From assembly GCF_009914755.1 (NCBI RefSeq), contig NC_060946.1: 64,000 nt of DNA; one strand, given 5' to 3'. The DNA is from the human T2T-CHM13v2.0 reference genome, Homo sapiens. Positions within the stretch are counted from its first letter, which is position 1; each line of letters begins with the position of its first letter. This document shows positions 48,435 through 63,000 of this stretch, one piece after another. The notes beneath the pieces are model-generated. The model ran no database searches and had not been told where the DNA came from. It worked only from the letters and a program-made list of their open reading frames with translations. The translations under genes were made by a program, and so were the position numbers.

Positions 48435-51429
48435 TTTCTGTATCCAGAGATCATGGTCATTTTCTTGACTACCTATTCTGATCTATTCTGCCTCAGTTTC
48501 CCCCTAAGAGATCTTAGGGTCATAATCATATTGGAGGTTGAGGGGCTAGGTCACTTTTTCTGGAGCTGTTTCCTGCTGAGTGGGTGTTATTTCTGCCTAG
48601 TCTGGGCCCTAAAGTTTCTTCCTGTGTGATCTAAGTGGCTGTAAACCATGTAATTCGTGGAACCAGTGGGCAAGATTTTGGCAGCCAAATGTTGAAAGCC
48701 TTGCAAAACCATCATGCAAACATGGAGTTGCCGTAAGCAAGAGAGCAAGAAATCAGTTAACATTTTAAACAAAATTGGAACAAAAGTAAAAGCTGAAAGT
48801 ATAGTAATGGCTGTTACTATTAAAGAGATTAAGGCAGGTAATAGACATTGCTTTCATGGTCCCATGGAAGTTCCTAGAGATTCAATTTTGTCTGCCTGGG
48901 TGATGATATTATTAATATTTTCTTGGACTAAACCGGGCTGATCGATCTCAAAAACAGCATTCTTCTTTTGGATATAAACATGTTCCTCTTTGCCCGGCTG
49001 GGACAATATCCCAGGCTTTTTGCTTTTGTCGTACTACAGTGGCCATGGAGTCCAGACGTTGTTGAAGTCTATTGAGGCCCTCTGCTGCTTGTTGTGGACC
49101 CATTGAGGTTTTCTGAGATAGTTTATACTGGATTCCCAAGGCTCCACCTTATGGTGACATTTATGCTGCAAAAGTATTTTGCATTAAATGGTGAAAGCAA
49201 CAAACGTTTTAAGTATTTTCTATTTTTTGCTAATAAGCAAAATTTTGTGCAGCTAAGTTGGCAGCAGTCATTCGGTTCGTTTATGGATGGTGAAGTTGAA
49301 TGGTGGTCAAAGTTAGAGCCTGGAAGCCTTCAGTAAATGCGCTGAAGTTGTCTGAGGGCCATCAAAGTTGTTGCTTATATTGGATTAGATCATTTATTGA
49401 GAGTAGAACAAGCACTCTGATGGTCCTCTCTCAATTTGGGACTTACTTTAAGGGGAGCAATTTCTCTGGCCCTGGATCGTGTGAAGTCCCACTGTGAGTA
49501 ACTGCAGCTGGGCTGGTCTCTATTGTACCTGGCAAAGGCCGATAGAAAGGAGCATAAGGAGGAGGTGAAACAAGCTTAGATTCTACAGAAGACTCTGATA
49601 GTATTGGGATGCTGGGGATTCTAAAGGAGGTGTGGACCCCTGAGTGCCCCTGTCTGGAGCTGGTGTTGGGCTGTGGGGTCTGGGGTCCCTTCCCCTTAAT
49701 AAGAGATGATCTTCCAATTGTTCTGAGGGGCTTTCTGGCTTACTAGGCTTTAGCCCACAGGTGCTGCATAGAGCTGGATTTTGTTGTCAGGCCAGAACGG
49801 CTTGCACATAGGATACTTCAGACCATTTTCCCTGATTACTACAGAAAACATCTAGCTGTAGGATGGAGTTAAAGTTCACAGTCTCATTCTCCAGCCATGT
49901 TTTGTCAGCTAATCTGTAGGCAGGCCAAACAGTGTTACAAAAGAAGATAAGGTTTTCTTTTTTCTAAGTTCATTTAGCCAAAAGCTGTTCTAATTTTTAG
50001 ATATACATCCCAGGGGTGTTTCAGTGACAGTAGAGGAAGCGGCTCCCATGGTGCCGAGAGAATCCTGCAATGACACAACATTTACTGAAGTCCAGGAGGC
50101 TGTGGGCGTCCTCATGAGGCAACTGAAAACACCAAGGGGTTCAGCGCATCCCCTCGAAACCCCATTAACTGAAGCTCTAGGAGGTCATAGGCATTTGCCA
50201 TACACCGTCCTAGCTCCCCCCAGCGGTGGACAGCTCCAGCCCTACGGAGATGACCCCCACTGCGGGCTGGGGGGCAGATGTCTGGCTGACAAGTCTTGCC
50301 CTAATTCACTGGTTTGCCATTCTTGATGCCTAATTACAACACCTGGAATGCTCAGATGCAATCCCTACGACTGGGCATCTACATGACTGTGCATCTTTTG
50401 TTCAGCAAAGAAAGCCGGTTGAAGAACAATTTCAAGGAGCTGGGAAATGCATAAAGCCTGAAGGGACAGGGTTCTCTTAATGTGATGCTCAAAGCAAAAC
50501 AAAAATTTTGTAAACAGAAAACCTGACCAGAAAATAAATTACAATAGCCACTAGGTGGCGATCGAGTATTGCTGAAAGGACAGCAAACGATAAGCTGAGT
50601 CTAAACTGTGGCCAGAAAGATGTGAAACTGAGCGGCAAATAGCCCAAATATGAAATGTTGAGGGCAACCCATGTGGTTAGTGTATTTATCGATACTACAG
50701 AAGCCGCAGCGAAAAGGAGAGCGGACATATATTCTCTCTCTAAAGAATGCAGGTGACTTAAAAACGTTTCCCCCAGAACTTTACTGAAACAGCGCTGGAA
50801 CAAGCAGCGATAGTTAACCAGGTAGTCTGAAACTGCCATAGTATTCACTGCAAGTAAAGGGAAACTGAAATTAATGAAGCAGACAGACGTCTCCCCAGGT
50901 CATGGCACCAGAAATGTTGATGGCTGATGTAATACCTTGGTTCTTATCTTCATAGTTTAAAAGAATTTAAACAAGAGACACACAGCAAAAGAAGTACAGC
51001 ATAATTTATTGCAAAAAAAAAGAATATTTTGAAAATTAAGTGCAGAATAGACGGTACAGTTTGAGAAAGAGATTCCAGGGCAGCCTGCTCGTAAAAGTGA
51101 GACAGCATTAATTATTGCTGGAGAAAACCTCTTTATGGGAGTTTTGCATGATTATTTCATAAGAAGGTGGAAAGAAGTGTTATAGTAAGCGTGTTCTGAC
51201 TGGTCTTCTGGGTACACATGTGCAGTAGCTGTACATATTTGTGCATACATTGCATGACTCACTAGCATCTTAAATCTCCACCCAGGAATGTGTTTTTTAC
51301 TATTAAAATGAACAAAGGGTCAGCTTGAGGACAGATAAAATCAAAATGCACATGCTCTGTAGAAGTAAAAGTCCCTACTGAAGATAGCGGGTTTCAAATG
51401 ACCCCAAGTGCTCCACGTCTTAAACGTTC

Positions 51430-52215
51430 AGAGAAATGCAAATCAAAACCACTATGAGACATCATCTCACACCAGTTAGAATGGCAATCATTAAAAAGTC
51501 AGGAAACAACAGGTGCTGGAGAGGATGCGGAGAAATAGGAACACTTTTACACTGTTGGTGGGACTGTAAACTAGTTCAACCATTGTGGAAGTCAGTGTGG
51601 CGATTCCTCAGGGATCTAGAACTAGAAATACCATTTGACCCAGCCATCCCATTACTGGGTATATACCCAAATGAGTATAAATCATGCTGCTATAAAGACA
51701 CATGCACACGTATGTTTATTGCGGCGCTATTCACAATAGCAAAGACTTGGAACCAACCCAAATGTCCAACAATGATAGACTGGATTAAGAAAATGTGGCA
51801 CATATACACCATGGAATACTATGCAGCCATAAAAAATGATGAGTTCATATCCTTTGTAGGGACATGGATGAAATTGGAAACCATCATTCTCAGTAAACTA
51901 TCGCAAGAACAAAAAACCAAACACCGCATATTCTCACTCATAGGTGGGAATTGAACAATGAGATCACATGGACACAGGAAGGGGAATATCACACTCTGGG
52001 GACTGTGGTGGGGTCGGGGGAGGGGGGAGGGATAGCATTGGGAGATATACCTAATGCTAGATGACACATTAGTGGGTGCAGCGCACCAGCATGGCACATG
52101 TATACATATGTAACTAACCTGCACAATGTGCACATGTACCCTAAAACTTAGAGTATAATAAAAAAAAAATAAATATAAAAAAAAAAGAAACTTGTCAATT
52201 AAAAAAAAAAAAAAA
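51430..52215 (+). mobile_element. L1HS-Ta (Ta-1 characters), 5'-truncated
   Basis: Open ORF2 C-terminus 51436..51954; diagnostic gatgacACAttagtggg and aaaacttaGagtataat; aaaTgaGtataaatc; long A tail; candidate TSD AAA(C/A)GTTC at 51422-51429 and 52212-52219. Confidence 0.93.
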
Positions 52216-53009
52216 GTTCCTCTGGTAAAGCTGGAACACTATCTGTTCCTGAGGTATCAGGTCCCATTTGTGGCTCTGAGCCACTGGCAAGCCAGGCCTG
52301 ACTTGAGATGAGACCAATGATTTCAAGTGTAAAATGCCTAAATAGTCAGTAGCTTCAGGTTGCATTTTGGAGCTTGTCCACTTAAGTGGGCTGATGAAAA
52401 TGGCTCACAAGACTCACGCCTCAGAAATGGGGTTTTTTCCTTTGCTCTTAGGAGATTTTATGCACCCAATAATTAACCTTTCTGATGCCTAGACTTTCAC
52501 ATTCGTGAAAAAGGCGCCATTGAGAGTGACCTTTCCAGGAAGCCACAGCCCTTGTCACCCCTGCAGAGCTCTGAAGCTGCTCACAAGCAGGCCAGGTGGA
52601 AGGTTTCTCTCAAAAACGGTTGAGTGTGTGCTCTGGCTAGAGAAAAAAGAGGGCTGCGGCACAACGGACAGTGTCTTGGACATCAGGAAAGTTCTCACGC
52701 AGTTTAGGAAAGAAGGCAGAACCCTGGGCTGCAGAAGACGTACTGCTCTGGAAAGAACCCTGGGTGCAACTGAAAGAGGAACCTGAGAAGGATAGGGCCA
52801 AGCGGGTTAGGAAAACCCACCCGATTTGGGAAAAGGTAAGGTATCTTTGTAGGGTAATACCCTCCTCAACGCTCACCCCAGACCTGCCCTCCAGGGGCAC
52901 CTCTGTACTCACTCTCCTTGCAAAGTGTCAGCATAGCATCAGAACTCAGCAGTGCTTTGGACACCGGGACGTCCACACCGCTCTGCCCCTCCCTCCAGGG
53001 CTATGGACC

Positions 53010-53480
53010 CCGGATCCCGGTACATGCTGGGATTATAGCTCTGAAGCTTGCCGACAAACAGGCTGAGAGTAGTTAACGGACTACAGCTCCCAGCATATTA
53101 GGTGGGGCGGGTACCACTCTGCCCCTTCTTCCAGGGCTGCGCCTTGCCCTGGAACCTGGTGCATGCTGGGATTGTAGTCCTGTAGCCCTTTGACCAAAGG
53201 GTTGGGAGTGTTTATGAGAATGCATCTTCCAACAATCCTAGGGAGGCGCGCACAGCCCTGCCTCTTCCTCCAGTGACGCGCACTTTCCCAGAGCCCGGTG
53301 CATGCTAGGATTGTAGTGCTGTAGCCCTGTGACCAAAGGGCTGGGAGTGTTTATGAGACTGCATTTCCCAGCAAGACCAGCGAGACGCGCGGAGCCTCGT
53401 CCCTTACTCCAGTGATTAGCGCACTCTCCCTGAGCCTGGTGCATGCTGGGATTGCAGTGCTGCAGCCCTGTGACCAAACA
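53010..53480. repeat. ACRO1-like satellite, about 140 bp x 3.5
   Basis: catgctgggattgtagt..tg.agccc near 53023, 53162, 53301 and 53442, with gaccaaagggctgggagtgtttatgaga. Confidence 0.85.
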
Positions 53481-53499
53481 GCTTTGTTATAGTTATCTG

Positions 53500-54860
53500 T
53501 GAAGTGTTCAACAAACTACTTTACTTCATTATTACTGGAAGCCAGAAGCTCAGTTGTGTTCACTTTTTGGATTTTATATAAGTGAGATTGTGTAATATGT
53601 ATACTTTTATATCTACTTTCTTCTATGCAACGTTATATTTATGATATTAATTCATGATATTGCAGATAGCTATAGTTTAATTAAAAATTATTTTTTACAT
53701 TGTGGTAAAGTATACATAAAATTAACCATTTTAGCTATTTTAAGTGTGCAGCTCAGAAAAATTAACTACTTTCACATTGTTTTGCAACTGTCATTACAAC
53801 TCATAGGGACCTTCTTTCAACTTGCAGAAACAAAACTCTATACCCATTAAATAAGCTCCTTTTTACTCCCCCTCTAGCTCCTAGGAACCACTCTTCTGTT
53901 TGGGTTTCTAGAATTTAACTACTCTAAGTATCTCATAAGTGGAATGATTCAGTATTTGTCCTTTTATGACTGGCTCATGTCACTTTGGACAATGTCCTTA
54001 AGGTTCATGCATGACGTACCATGTGTCAGAATTTCCTTATTTTATGTAGCTGAATAACATTCCACTGTATGTATAAATCACATTTTATCTATTAATCATT
54101 GATGGTAATTCAAACAACACTTGAGTAATTCAAACACCTTTTTGGTGATGTGAGTAATGCTGCTATGAACCTAGGTGTATGTGTATTATTTTGTGTCTTT
54201 GCTTTCATATCTTTTGCTGCATACCCAGATGTGAAATTGCTGGATCGTATGGTGATTTTATGTGTAAATTTTTTAGTTACTGTGTTGTTATTTTATAGCA
54301 GCTGTAGCATTTTACATTTCCACCAACAGTGTACAAGGATTCTAATTGCTCCACGTCCTCACCAACTCTTCTGATTTTCTGTTTTGTTTTTTTTTTTCTT
54401 TTGGTAGTAGCTATGCTGATGGGTATTAAGTGATATGTCATTTGGGGTTAGATTTGCATTTCACTAATGATGAGTTTTGTTGAGCGTCTTTTCATGTGCT
54501 CATTAGCCACTTTACATAATTTTTAGCGAAATGACTGCTTAAGTTTTTGCCAATATTTTAAACAAGTAGTTTGTTGTATTGTTCCTGAATTGTTCTTTGT
54601 ATATTCTGGATAGATTCCTATTCGTCTATTTTTCTTTTGTTTCTTGTGTTTTGGGTGTCCTGTTTAAAAAAATCTGCCAAATGCAGTGTTATGACGTGTT
54701 TCCCCTATATTTTATTCTAAGAATTTTGTAGTTTTAGCTCTTACATTTAGGTATTTGATCCAGTTAGTTAATTTTTTCTTACAGTATAAGTGAAGGGCCC
54801 AGGTTCATTCTTTTACATGTGGGTACATAATATCCCCAGCACCAGTAGTTGTGAAGACAG
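53500..54860 (-). mobile_element. Old L1M, antisense
   Basis: Antisense L1 3'UTR/ORF2 phrases (tgctgctatgaac, caccaacagtgtacaagg, atttgcatttcactaatg). Confidence 0.85.
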
Positions 54861-54865
54861 TACTT

Positions 54866-55306
54866 GGCTGGGCGCGATGGCTCACGCCTGTAATCCCAGC
54901 ACTTTGGGAGGCCGAGGCGGGCGGATCACGAGGTCAGGAGATCAAGACCATCCTGGCTAGCAAGGTGTCCGCTGTGCTCCTGATCCAGCGAGGAAACCAT
55001 TGCCACTCCCAATAGGGCTAAAGGCTCGCCATTGTTCCTGCATGGCTAAGTGCCTGGGTTCATCCTAATCAAGCTGAACACTAGTCACTGGGTGCCACGG
55101 TTCTCTTCCGTGACCCACAGCTTCTAATAGAGCTGTAACACTCACCGCATGGCTCAAGATTCCATTCCTTGGAATCTGTGAGGCCAAGAGCCCCAGGTCA
55201 GAGAACAGGAGGCTTGCCACCATCTTGGAAGTGGCCTGACAAAATTATGGAAGTGGCTCGCCACCATCTTGGGAGCTTTGGGAGCAAGGACCGCCCCATG
55301 GTAACA
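54866..55306 (+). mobile_element. Fused AluY-like 5' fragment (54866-54961) and 3' part of an HERV-W LTR17-like LTR (54962-55306)
   Basis: ggctgggcgcgatggctcacgcc...ccatcctggcta, then gtgtccgctgtgctcctgatccagcg...gccaccatcttgg...ggtaaca. Confidence 0.8.
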
Positions 55307-55604
55307 GCACCTTAACTATGCATCCCCAAGGACCTACAGATCACAGGGCAATAGGGGCTGTGAGGGAGTTGTCTAGATTTCCCAAGGTGGAGGAGGCAAA
55401 AGAGGAGATGGATCCCAAGCTCCTGCACCAGCACCAGCGAGAGACAAAGGCCCCGCCAAACGCAGGAAGCCACGCCCTCCTCTCTTCTCAAACTGCGCGC
55501 CGGATTGGGTGGTTCCCTCACAAGCGCCACTGATTGAATAAAACGCCCGGACCCACCCACCCGCGCCTCACCCCAGCCCCTACCCCACTCACCCTGAGCG
55601 TTAG

Positions 55605-57466
<1,862 letters not shown>

Positions 57467-58349
57467 GGGTGGACAGGCAAACAGGCTCGAATAGTTGGGT
57501 TCACATGCCCAGAGTATCACAGATAATTAAGAAGTGAGCTGAGACTTGAAATGCGCATGCTCTTTCCCTTGCCAGGATCTGTTGAGTCATGCATCTTAGC
57601 AGCTATTTAAGGGTAGGAAGTAGAACATTTGGACATCTTTTTAACAACATTTTAGGCATTTTCATAATGCAGGAAAGACCCTCATCCCACCCCTGAGCCC
57701 CTCACTCACCACGCTGCACCTCACTGCTGACCACATCATGGGGTGGCCATTATCAGGCGGGCCAGAATCAGGCCAGAATAAGGCGGGCAGCAGGGGCTGG
57801 GAATAAATAAGCAAGAATGATGTTGCCCATATTTGCTCATCTTAGAAAGGCTTCACAACCATTCTGTGTGAAGTGATTATTCCAGGGTAATTGTGCCCTG
57901 ACTGTGCTGCATGTCAGTCTGACATGTCTTTTTGAAAATCACTGGATTACTCTCATTAATGCGGGTATTTCTGTTTCTATTTGAAAATGGCCAAGTGTCC
58001 TCTGGAGGTGTCCTGATTTGGTTTGCTAGTTTAGACCCTGAAGGTAGCAGTGAGAAAATGTTTTGACCACATCAGAATACCTATTCTCAGCTGGAGTAGA
58101 TATAGAAATTTCTTAATAATATTTAACCGTTTTCTCAATAACCATTATATTTAACGGTGATAACTGGAGGGCAGGGAGGGACACAGATGACACAATCTTC
58201 GAAGTTTAATTTGGTTATAAGGTTTTTTGTTCTTGTTTTGTTTTGCTTTGTTTTTGGATACAAGGTCTTGCTCTGGTGCCCAGGCTGGAGAGCAGTGGCA
58301 CAATCATAACTCATAATTTGGTTGTAACTGTTCTTTAAAAAATATTTTT

Positions 58350-58615
58350 GGATGAGTTTGGTAGCTCACACTTGTAATGTAAACAATTTTGGAGGCCAAA
58401 GTGGGATGATCGCTGGATCCTATGAGTTCAAGACCAGTTTGGGCAACATAAGTAGGCTCAGCCTCTACAAAAAAATATTTAAAATTGGCTGGGTGTAGCA
58501 TTGCATGCCTGTAGTGTAGTCCTCGCTGTTTGAGAAGCTGATGTGAAAGGATCACTCGAGCCTAAGAGTTTGAGGCTGCACTGACCCATGGTTCAGCCAC
58601 TGCACTGACAGGCAG

Positions 58616-58655
<40 letters not shown>
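58350..58655 (+). mobile_element. AluJ-like element followed by a (GT)n microsatellite (58617-58655)
   Basis: Degenerate Alu dimer, then about 19 GT repeats. Confidence 0.8.
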
Positions 58656-58658
<3 letters not shown>

Positions 58659-60059
58659 AATAATATGGATGTGAAAATTTCAAGCCCGGGAGAAAAGTGA
58701 AAGCCCATGGTGGGGGATGTGGAGAAAGGTGAGTGTGGCTCCAGCAACTCAGTGAAACTTGGTTTTCCATCTTGAAGAATTGCCCATACACACTGAAACC
58801 ATAGCCTAGAACATGCCAGTTATCACACTACACCTGCTGGGATACCACTATGTACCCTTTTTAAAAAAATAAAATCTTTCACCTAAGAGAAGCAGAAGAG
58901 AAAAGGAGGGTTTCACATCTAAAGCCTTCATTTTCTTTATGAAACAACAGTCACTTGTCATTTGAGTTGTCCAAAGGCGACTGACAGCACTAATACACTT
59001 AATGAATCAAGCAGGAAAAATGGGCCTCTCGGGTGAGGAGGAGGCACAATAGTAACTAAACCCAATCCATTCTCAGCTTTACATGGTACCCGTATCTCAA
59101 GAAGAGGTGTTAGCCATATGAACCGTTTTCACTGGACAAGGCCAGAGGAAAGAATATTTAGTACAACACAACTATGAGGCTGCAAATCAAACTGGTAGTG
59201 GGAGCATGCACAAGGCTTCAGTGGCTGAGATACTGGAGGCTACCCTTGGGTGTCACTTAAAACTTCGAGGTGAAGGACATTTTTTTCCAATTGGCTCAGG
59301 GAAACTAATAAACATTAGAATTGAAATTTGTTTTTCTTTTCAAAATTTCTAAGACATAGAGGACCCTCTAAACACTCGAAAAGACATTCAGATATACATG
59401 CAGCTGAGGACCTGCCTGCTCTGCAGAGGGATGGCTGAGCAGCAGCCACCAGCTGTAATAGCTTTAAATTTCTCCTCTCACAGGGACAGCCCACTCCCAC
59501 ACACACTGCTTACTTCATAGACTGTGGCCCTCAGATGCACCTGGGGGACTGCTTTCCTCCCATCTCATTAGCTCTCAAAGACAGTCCATCTCACTCTAAA
59601 ACCTACACTAGGATGGTGAGTTGTAGACTCTCCTGCATTCTCCCAGTGCAGCGTGACTTCCAGAGAGTGCTCCCCCATCCTCTTACCTCAACTGATGTAA
59701 AAAGGGCCAGTGCCTGGGCAGTTAGATGTTCAGTGACCTCACAAGTCCAGCATGCCCAGGGCCTGGACCCACAGCCTGGCACCTCTCCCCTACCTGGCCT
59801 TCATGCCGGCCTTTTCTCTTCTGTCACCAATGTCAGGTGACATTCACCCGTGCCACACTCTCATGAGCATGGTAAGTGATGGGTGGGCAAACCCCAGCTG
59901 AGTGCCTGTGACTCTACCCTCTTACCTTTCACTCAAGTGACATTATAAGCATAATTTTACATTTGATTTAATTTATGCATAATCTTTTCTTATAACATTT
60001 CTGACAACAGCCCTCACAACCAAAGGAGACTGGGTTACAGAACACATGGGCAAGGCTGG

Positions 60060-63000
60060 GGTAGCAGGTTTCACTTACTTTATTCCAATGTGAAATGAAG
60101 ATGTGATGGTTTAAAACCAAGACAAAGTTGTTTATCAGCTGTGGGGTTGCTACACTTGCTAGCTCATGCTCACTTCCTTTGAAACAAGGAATCTGGAGAG
60201 ACTATATTCATAAGTAGCTCTTTGCAAACCCCCAGGCAGAAGCCCCAGTCAGACACAGCTCCCTCAGGCTCTCAGGGTGGCAACCTCCTCCTCCATGTTG
60301 GGCTCTGACAGCAGGCAAGGGAAGCAGCACAGGCAGCGGGGGACAGGAACCCACCCAGGGCCATAGGGATCCTCAAATGCCCCAGAGCTATTCTCTGTAG
60401 AAAGGGCTGTGTGGCAAGGACCAGGTACGGAGCTGGTTTCCACAGAGAGGTGACAACCACTTCTGTATCTCTAAATTTCTCCCAGGATCCATGATCCAGC
60501 CCTGCTTTCCCCCAGGCCCTTCACCCACCCTGCCCCCACTGTGTGTTAGGCAGCTCAGGTTAAAATGGGAGAAAAATATATTCAGATTGTAACCTCCAAG
60601 TTTTCCCATCTGGGCTGCAGAGAGTAGGGAAGGAAGTCGGGGCCTGTGGCGGTGCCTTTTGCTGTGCCTGAGGGCAGGAAGGCCAGGGCTGGGCACATGG
60701 ATGTCTCTGAGACCACCACTGCTGACTCCCTCCCCCTCACCTGGAGCTACAACCAGCCCAGGCTATCACGATTAATAAAACCACTGCAGCTCTCATCCTG
60801 TCACAAAACTAACGTGCACCCAACCGCAGCCCTACACAGATCCCTGGCTTCCTATCCCAGAACACAGAAAATCCTCTTATCTTTTTTACTTAAAACCTGC
60901 ACTTTAAGCCAGATTGGGCCTGTGGATAGTGGCAGCAAAAGCAACAGCCAGATGTATACATTCCAGATGTATACACTCAAGGGCATGGGCACATTCCACA
61001 CTTGCTGAAGAATGAGAGTCCTGAGAAGCACCTGTTTCCCAGCTGTTAACTGATGTCCACACACCCCATTCATGTGTCTTCATTTAGGCTTCTGCATCAT
61101 GTATTTGTTCAGCCAGTGCAAACATGTCTTCTGGGGGGCATCATTGATTGCAGCACCAGCCCCACTTGTTTTGGGAGGGAGTCAGGAGGAATCTGGTCAG
61201 CTCCTAATCCCCCAGGACAAAGGTGCTGCCCCCTTTTAAGCACTCACATCCAGCAGCACCATCTCAGGATGGTTTTTCAAACACAAGTAGCATGAGGTAG
61301 CAAGCATGGTGTGACAGGCTCAGGGCCATAGGCAGCTGGCTGCTGGAGAAGCAGCACAGGGCAGGCACATCTGTGGGTGGCACCCTGACAAGCCAAGGCA
61401 GCCACAGCCCCTACCCCCAACAGCCCCAGCCCAGATGGCATTCAAATCTTCCCAGATAGTATTGGGGTTCCTGATGCCCATCACTCCCCTGCTCATTAGC
61501 ACTGCCTTGTGTTGGTTACTCAGGGACTAAGGAGAGGGGGTGGGGGATGTAGATCCAGGGTGGGCACTGCCTCACAGCCAGAGTCCACCTGACTGCAGGC
61601 CAGCAAGCAAGCCCAAGCAGCTCAGCTCTAGACACTTAGCCTCACCACCTCTGGCTACACTTTCTATGTATACTTTATGCAAAGGTAGAAAAAGATGTCA
61701 GTATTAGCTGTTGTGACATAAAAGTCTATGCCCCATTAAGACCTTCTTAAAATGCTGTTGCCTTAAGCCCTCTTTCTTCTAATAAAATTTATACAAATAC
61801 ACACATACAAGCTGAAACTACTATAAATGAAATATTAGGATTTTTTAAACCCATAAACAAACACTAAATCAGTCACTGTTTGAATGCAGAGAAAGTGGGA
61901 ATCTAAAGCAGCTGACCCCAAAACAGCCTTAGCAAGCCCAAGGCTAGGCAGTCTGAACACTACAAGGTCACGTGATGGTCACAGAGGATGACAGCTCCCA
62001 TGAGTATTCCCAGGCACTGTGTTAGCTTCTCACTCACAGAGTCTCAGAATGCCTCCTCACCAACCCTGTGAGGGAAGGCCCCACCTCACTACAGCACAAG
62101 AGCTTCCTGAGCTCTTCCCAGAAAATGGTTATCAAAGGGTGGAGCTGGGGGAAGCCCAGACAGAACAAATGAGTCCCCAGGGTCTCCTTAACCTCCCTCA
62201 GCTCCTGCACATGGGGCCCTGAGGGAAAGTGAGCTTCCTCCTAACCCCTTTGATAGGGTTCCATTACTGCAGGTCTGGACTTCCTCATTTTCTGGAACTA
62301 CAGGAGGTGACAATGCAAACCCAGGCCCCTTATTTGCCATCCTTTAATGCCAGACCAGGCCGAGAGCCCTGTGCTGACACAGCCCAGCGGATGCTCGAGG
62401 CCCACCTCAGCACAGTCACCAATAGCGTACGTAGTGAGATGATCAAGGAGGTGCAAGTAGGCACAAATCCCCATGGACATGGCCTTAGGCATGTTACACA
62501 GGCTCAGGGTCTCCCTGATGAGCTCACAGCCCTCCTTCAGGGAGCCTGCAGAGCACACACCCCCAAGGACCAGTGCTCAGATGAGCAGGCAGGCCCCAGA
62601 TTCCCCACCCCAGGATGCTCTGTTCCACTTTGCAGGGCTGCTGCATTGGCCAGTCCCCACTGCTTTCTGGTGGGATATTTGAGTTGAAGTGAATGTTGAA
62701 GGGCATAGAGCTGATGGAGCTGACTGCCTTGCAGATGTTGTAAATCACCTCCTGGCTCCATGGGTCAGCTGTGGAGACACAGCTTGATGGGAGGTAGCCC
62801 CACTCCACCATCAGTGGTGCTGGGCTGCCCTGATCTGCACCTTCCAGCTCCTTGCTGAGATTTCTGCATGTTTCTCTAAGGGACTGGGTCACGAGACACC
62901 CCTGGCAAGGCCCAGCTGGCAGAATAGGCTGGACACTCTCCCTCAGCCTCTCCAGCAGCCCGGCCTGTGCTGTCACCTGTGCTGATGATCTCACTTCTCT

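Larger units (their letters stand above)
46620..51390 (-). mobile_element. Defective ERV1 provirus (two LTRs, MER84-like by recall) with gag and env remnants, no pol
   Basis: Homologous LTRs at 46620-48495 (with inserts) and 50915-~51390; PBS TGGTGCCATGAC at 50910-50899; PPT at 48496-48506; gag-like ENLIFFCNTVWP..ILQLDVFC..GKWSEVSYVQA at about 50050-49790; env ISD-like/CX6CC GTCLYPKEECCF in ORF 48948..49139. Confidence 0.85.

Noticed and set aside
51436-51954. Stand-alone 172-aa gene
   Set aside because: C-terminus of L1 ORF2 in a promoterless 5'-truncated insertion.
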